Assembly: GCA_963815095.1 (NCBI GenBank)
Contig: CAWFFH010000003.1
Span: forward strand, 736,001-800,000
Source of the DNA: Candidatus Bathyarchaeota archaeon
GTDB taxonomy: Archaea; Thermoproteota; Bathyarchaeia; Bathyarchaeales; Bathycorpusculaceae
Reading direction: 5' to 3'
DNA length: 64,000 bases
This document shows, in pieces, positions 60,559 through 64,000 of the stretch. How positions within the stretch are numbered: the first letter of the stretch is position 1; each line of letters begins with the position of its first letter. The position numbers and the translations under genes were made by a program. Under the pieces are notes generated by a model. It was not told the DNA's origin, did no database searches, and was given only the letters and a program-made list of their open reading frames with translations.

Positions 60559-61401
60559 TTGATTAGCGTGCAAGTGCCAAAATATCACATCTTTGTTGAA
60601 TACAGTGAGTTAGGTAAATCAGGCGTCCGCTTTAACGTTCCCCAAGAGGAACTCGTCCGAACCTTTGCCACGCCCTTCACCCTCGGTCAACCCTTCTGGT
60701 TTATGGGCAAACTTCTTAACCCCCAAAAAGTCGTAAAAGCCATCATCTTCTGGTCCTACGAAACAGCCGACAAACTGATCATGCCCAACCACGAAAATCT
60801 TTTAGCCGCCAAAGACAAAAAATATCTCATAGAAAGCATTGTCAAAGGCAAAGTCAAAGGTGCTTACATCTGCACCGAAAAATTTTTGCCCTCAACAGAA
60901 AAAACGATGGCTCTTGCTCAATCAGCAACGTCTGTTTCGGATGAACGGCGCAGGATTTTCGTAATTTGTGGTACTGATAATGAGATGAAAAAGGTCATTA
61001 CTGAAGCTTTGACCAAACTTCATCTTGTGCCAGTGGTTATGTGTGAAGAACAAAGTCAGGGCAGAAAAATTGTTGAACGATTCGCAGAATACGCCGACGT
61101 TGGTTTTGCCGTAGTTTTATTGTCGCCTGATGATTTTGTTTATGTTAAGGAGGAATCACCTGCAAAACGCAAGCTTAGACCCAGACAGGATGTGGTTTTT
61201 GAACTTGGTTTTTTGTTAGGCAGGTTAGGCGAGGGCAAGGTACTTGTTTTTTTCAGGGAATGTGTAAACTTTGAGGGACCTACCGATTTTGAAGGATTAA
61301 ACGTCACTGCATTCGATGACCGGGATAGCTGGAAGCTTGCCCTCATTCGTGAACTCACTAACTGTGGATATTGTGTCGATGCTGACAGGATTCTAAAATA
61401 A
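60559..61401 (+). CDS. TIR-like nucleotide-binding domain protein (CAP12/Pycsar-effector-type TIR) with unknown N-terminal domain
   Basis: RIFVICG.D, GRKIVERF, VGFAVVLLSPDD, RPRQDVVFELG..GRLG and PTD..G. Confidence 0.82.
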   Translation: MISVQVPKYHIFVEYSELGKSGVRFNVPQEELVRTFATPFTLGQPFWFMGKLLNPQKVVKAIIFWSYETADKLIMPNHENLLAAKDKKYLIESIVKGKVKGAYICTEKFLPSTEKTMALAQSATSVSDERRRIFVICGTDNEMKKVITEALTKLHLVPVVMCEEQSQGRKIVERFAEYADVGFAVVLLSPDDFVYVKEESPAKRKLRPRQDVVFELGFLLGRLGEGKVLVFFRECVNFEGPTDFEGLNVTAFDDRDSWKLALIRELTNCGYCVDADRILK

Positions 61402-61495
61402 CCTCGCTAACAACCACTGTGAGGGTGATAGTAAAGTTTCTATATCAAATGAACTATCCCTTTGCAATAGCTACTGCACTCAGCAAGTAACAGTT

Positions 61496-61568
61496 GCGGT
61501 TGTAGTCTAGTTCGGTAGGACTGCAGCTTCCCAAGCTGTCGACTCGGGTTCAAATCCCGGCAACCGCA
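61496..61568 (+). tRNA. tRNA-Gly(CCC)
   Basis: Acceptor GCGGTTG/CAACCGC + A; anticodon arm GCAGC-TTCCCAA-GCTGT; T-loop GGTTCAAATCC; no intron and no encoded CCA. Confidence 0.95.
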
Positions 61569-61667
61569 CTCTATTTTTCCTAAAATTTCCGATTATTTTT
61601 GTTGCCCTTTCAATATATTCACAGATTAATCAGTGATTGAAGTCCCCTAAAGTTATGAGCCATTTAC

Positions 61668-61898
61668 TCATTGTTTTTGTCCACATTCAGGGCAAAACTT
61701 TGCCATGGAGCCCATTCTAGTATTGCACTTGGGGCAAATTTTCAATACTATTGGTTGGTTAAGGGGGTTGCCGCAGAAGTTGCAGTAGTTAGAGATGGCG
61801 GTTACTTGTGATTTGCACTTTGGACATGTTATGTATTGAGAATTACTTGGGACGGGAACCCAGATGAAAGCTGAAAGAATAGTTACCACCATATACAA
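61668..61898 (-). CDS. Double zinc-ribbon protein
   Basis: CPKC..CNFC..CPKC..CPEC; start uncertain. Confidence 0.7.
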   Translation of the reverse strand: MYMVVTILSAFIWVPVPSNSQYITCPKCKSQVTAISNYCNFCGNPLNQPIVLKICPKCNTRMGSMAKFCPECGQKQ

Positions 61899-62166
61899 TA
61901 GGAGTTGTTGGTTGTCTTTATCTTTTTAGCCAAATTGTGCGCTAAAAATAATAGTTGAGATCACCAGATCAACCCAAGCTTTAACGTTTAAATGCATTTT
62001 ATAAGGCGGTTTAGTTTTTTCTGAGCAACTAAGAGAAAAATTAGCTTGGTGTGTCAATTTGTTTCAGTCTCCTCATTCAACCAGTTTTTTTGGGTTTTTG
62101 GTTTTATTTAGAAAACTATATAATCCATCTTAACGTAAAACCACTCACTAAAAGGGCGAAATAAAG

Positions 62167-63552
62167 TTGAAAATTACTCTTGTCAATCCACCCTATCCTC
62201 CAAATGCCCATTCACATCCACCTTTCATCCCATTAGGCTTAGCATACCTTGGAGCAGTCGCCGAAAAAGCAGGCCATGACGTTACCGTAATTGACTGCCA
62301 AGGAGAAAGATTAACCTACGACACTTTCCGCCAAAGAATCGCTGGGGTTCCATCAGAAGTTGTAGGCGTAACTTCAACCACCCTACTTTATAATTCAGCT
62401 AAAACGATACTTGAAGTAGCCAAAGAAGTTCACCCAAACGCTGTCTCTATGATTGGCGGAAGTCACGTTAGCTTCTGGGATGAAAACGCCCTAAACGAGT
62501 CCAAAAATATTGATGTTGTAGTCCGTCGAGAAGGCGAACAAACCTTCCTAGAACTTTTGCAGCACATTGAAGCAAAAAAGGATTTTTCAGGAGTTTTAGG
62601 AACAACTTTTCGTGGAAGAGACGGAAAAATCCTTCGCAACGAAGACAGACCCTTTCTGAATGATTTAGATTCACTTCCTTCTCCTGCATACCATTTGCTT
62701 CCGCTTGACTCATATCATCGCATGGGCAAAACGATTTTCCCCATCGTAACCAGTCGAGGATGCGTGCAATGGTGTGACTTCTGCAGTACCGTCCGCATGT
62801 TCGGCAGAGGATATCGTACCCGCAGCAGCAAAAAAGTCGTCGACGACATGGAGATGCTGCATAACAAGTACGGCGAAAGCCAATTCACATTCTACGACGA
62901 CGCATTCACAATCAACCGGCAACACACCTTGGAAATGTGCGCAGACATCAAAGCCCGCAAATTAAATGTGGAGTGGGACTGCGAAACCCGCGTTGACGCC
63001 GTTGACAAGGAACTGCTAGAGAAGATGCATGATGCAGGATGCATAACGGTTTGGTTCGGCGTTGAATCTGGCTCAGAGAAAATGCTTACCAAAATGCATA
63101 AGAAAATAAATCGTGAACAAGTCAAGAACGCTTTCAAAATGGCGCAGAAAGCTGGCATGATGACTATTGCCAGTGCAGTCATCGGCTTCCCAGGAGAAAC
63201 GGAAGAAACCGCATGGGAAACAATCAACTTCATCAACAGTCTAAACCCCGACGACATCGGCTGCTATATCGCCACTCCTTATCCAGGAACACCAATGTAT
63301 GAAGAAGTCGTCAAAAACGGATGGCTCCGCGTCACCGACTTCAACAAATACGACACCGCAACCCCAACATTTGAAACCCCCGAGTTAAGCATGGAACGCC
63401 TCCGCGAAATCAAATATAAAGCCCACCAAAAATTCTACCTGCGCCCAAGCTACGTGTTCAAAATGATGCGCAAAGGCGGCACATATGGCAGATCTGGATT
63501 GAAAACTTCTGCTGCGTACGCATTGCGAGCTATGCACATAAAACTCTCCTAA
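62167..63552 (+). CDS. B12-binding radical SAM protein
   Basis: PLGLAYL, GGSH, EGE, TSRGCVQWCDFC, GVESG and TPYPGT. Confidence 0.92.
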   Translation: MKITLVNPPYPPNAHSHPPFIPLGLAYLGAVAEKAGHDVTVIDCQGERLTYDTFRQRIAGVPSEVVGVTSTTLLYNSAKTILEVAKEVHPNAVSMIGGSHVSFWDENALNESKNIDVVVRREGEQTFLELLQHIEAKKDFSGVLGTTFRGRDGKILRNEDRPFLNDLDSLPSPAYHLLPLDSYHRMGKTIFPIVTSRGCVQWCDFCSTVRMFGRGYRTRSSKKVVDDMEMLHNKYGESQFTFYDDAFTINRQHTLEMCADIKARKLNVEWDCETRVDAVDKELLEKMHDAGCITVWFGVESGSEKMLTKMHKKINREQVKNAFKMAQKAGMMTIASAVIGFPGETEETAWETINFINSLNPDDIGCYIATPYPGTPMYEEVVKNGWLRVTDFNKYDTATPTFETPELSMERLREIKYKAHQKFYLRPSYVFKMMRKGGTYGRSGLKTSAAYALRAMHIKLS

Positions 63553-64000
63553 ACCATTTCTTCCTACTTTAGGGGCTCTCGAAGTTTTACACCTGTTTTG
63601 CTAGTGAATTTGTTCTATAATGAAACAGAAACTTGTGTATATTGTTCTGCAATAGAACGACTCAGGAAAATTTAAGATTTTTGTGGACGTTTCAGAAACC
63701 CGTCTAACTGAAAGAAGAAGTAGACCAGAAAATTTTTCACTGTTCTTCTTCTACTCATAAAGACATCATCTGGGGTTAGGTGGTTGATCTTGCTGCACTA
63801 AAGTTGGATAAACGAAAAACTGTTTCCAACACAATTAGACTTCTTTTTCTTATATCAATAAACCTGACTTTTCCATTAGAAGAACGACGGGTGATTTTCT
63901 TCGGCAATTAGTTTTTCTTCTTCTTTCAAATAATTCACTCTTAAAAGAACAAAAACACTTGGAAAAATTTTTTTGTTGTTTTTTTTTCTTCCAATCGATT

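Noticed and set aside
61496-61700. Integrated element at tRNA-Gly
   Set aside because: No integrase and no duplicated tRNA 3' end was seen in the window.
63560-64000. Minus-strand coding-like fragments at the window end
   Set aside because: The frames I translated are interrupted by stops within about 40 codons, and no family is recognisable.

Overview
Archaeal chromosomal window, most consistent with Bathyarchaeia (inferred from gene content and style: archaeal CdhABCDE, Ftr, CofE, DHS, frequent TTG/GTG starts, TATA boxes and oligo-T terminators). Layout: (i) 1-14.4 kb housekeeping and cofactor genes (tautomerase, HDAC-like, argS, two convergent deoxyhypusine-synthase paralogs, RLAN/ATP-grasp/GCS2 ligase module, cofE, MTHFR-like, FrhB-like); (ii) 15-39 kb metal/redox accessory region (CopA, TRASH chaperone, membrane-anchored wHTH with phased TGTTTCA boxes, Met/Gly-rich exported proteins, a membrane-anchored TIR protein, P3A H+-ATPase, thioredoxin, Bcp, and an ORP-like NifX/MinD/Mrp Fe-S cluster with three identical operator layouts and an Lrp regulator); (iii) 39-49 kb CooC pair plus the CODH/ACS operon; (iv) 50-60 kb de novo purine cluster; (v) a TIR-like protein, tRNA-Gly(CCC) and a B12 radical SAM gene. 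Top finding: the purine cluster encodes steps 1, 2, 4 and 5 but no PurN/PurT. Translationally coupled behind purD is a HAD phosphatase / Ftr-like formyltransferase / PfkB kinase trio, a candidate methanofuran/H4MPT-linked replacement for GAR transformylase. Several single-base frameshifts look like consensus artefacts. All family assignments come from motif recognition by eye; no database searches were run.
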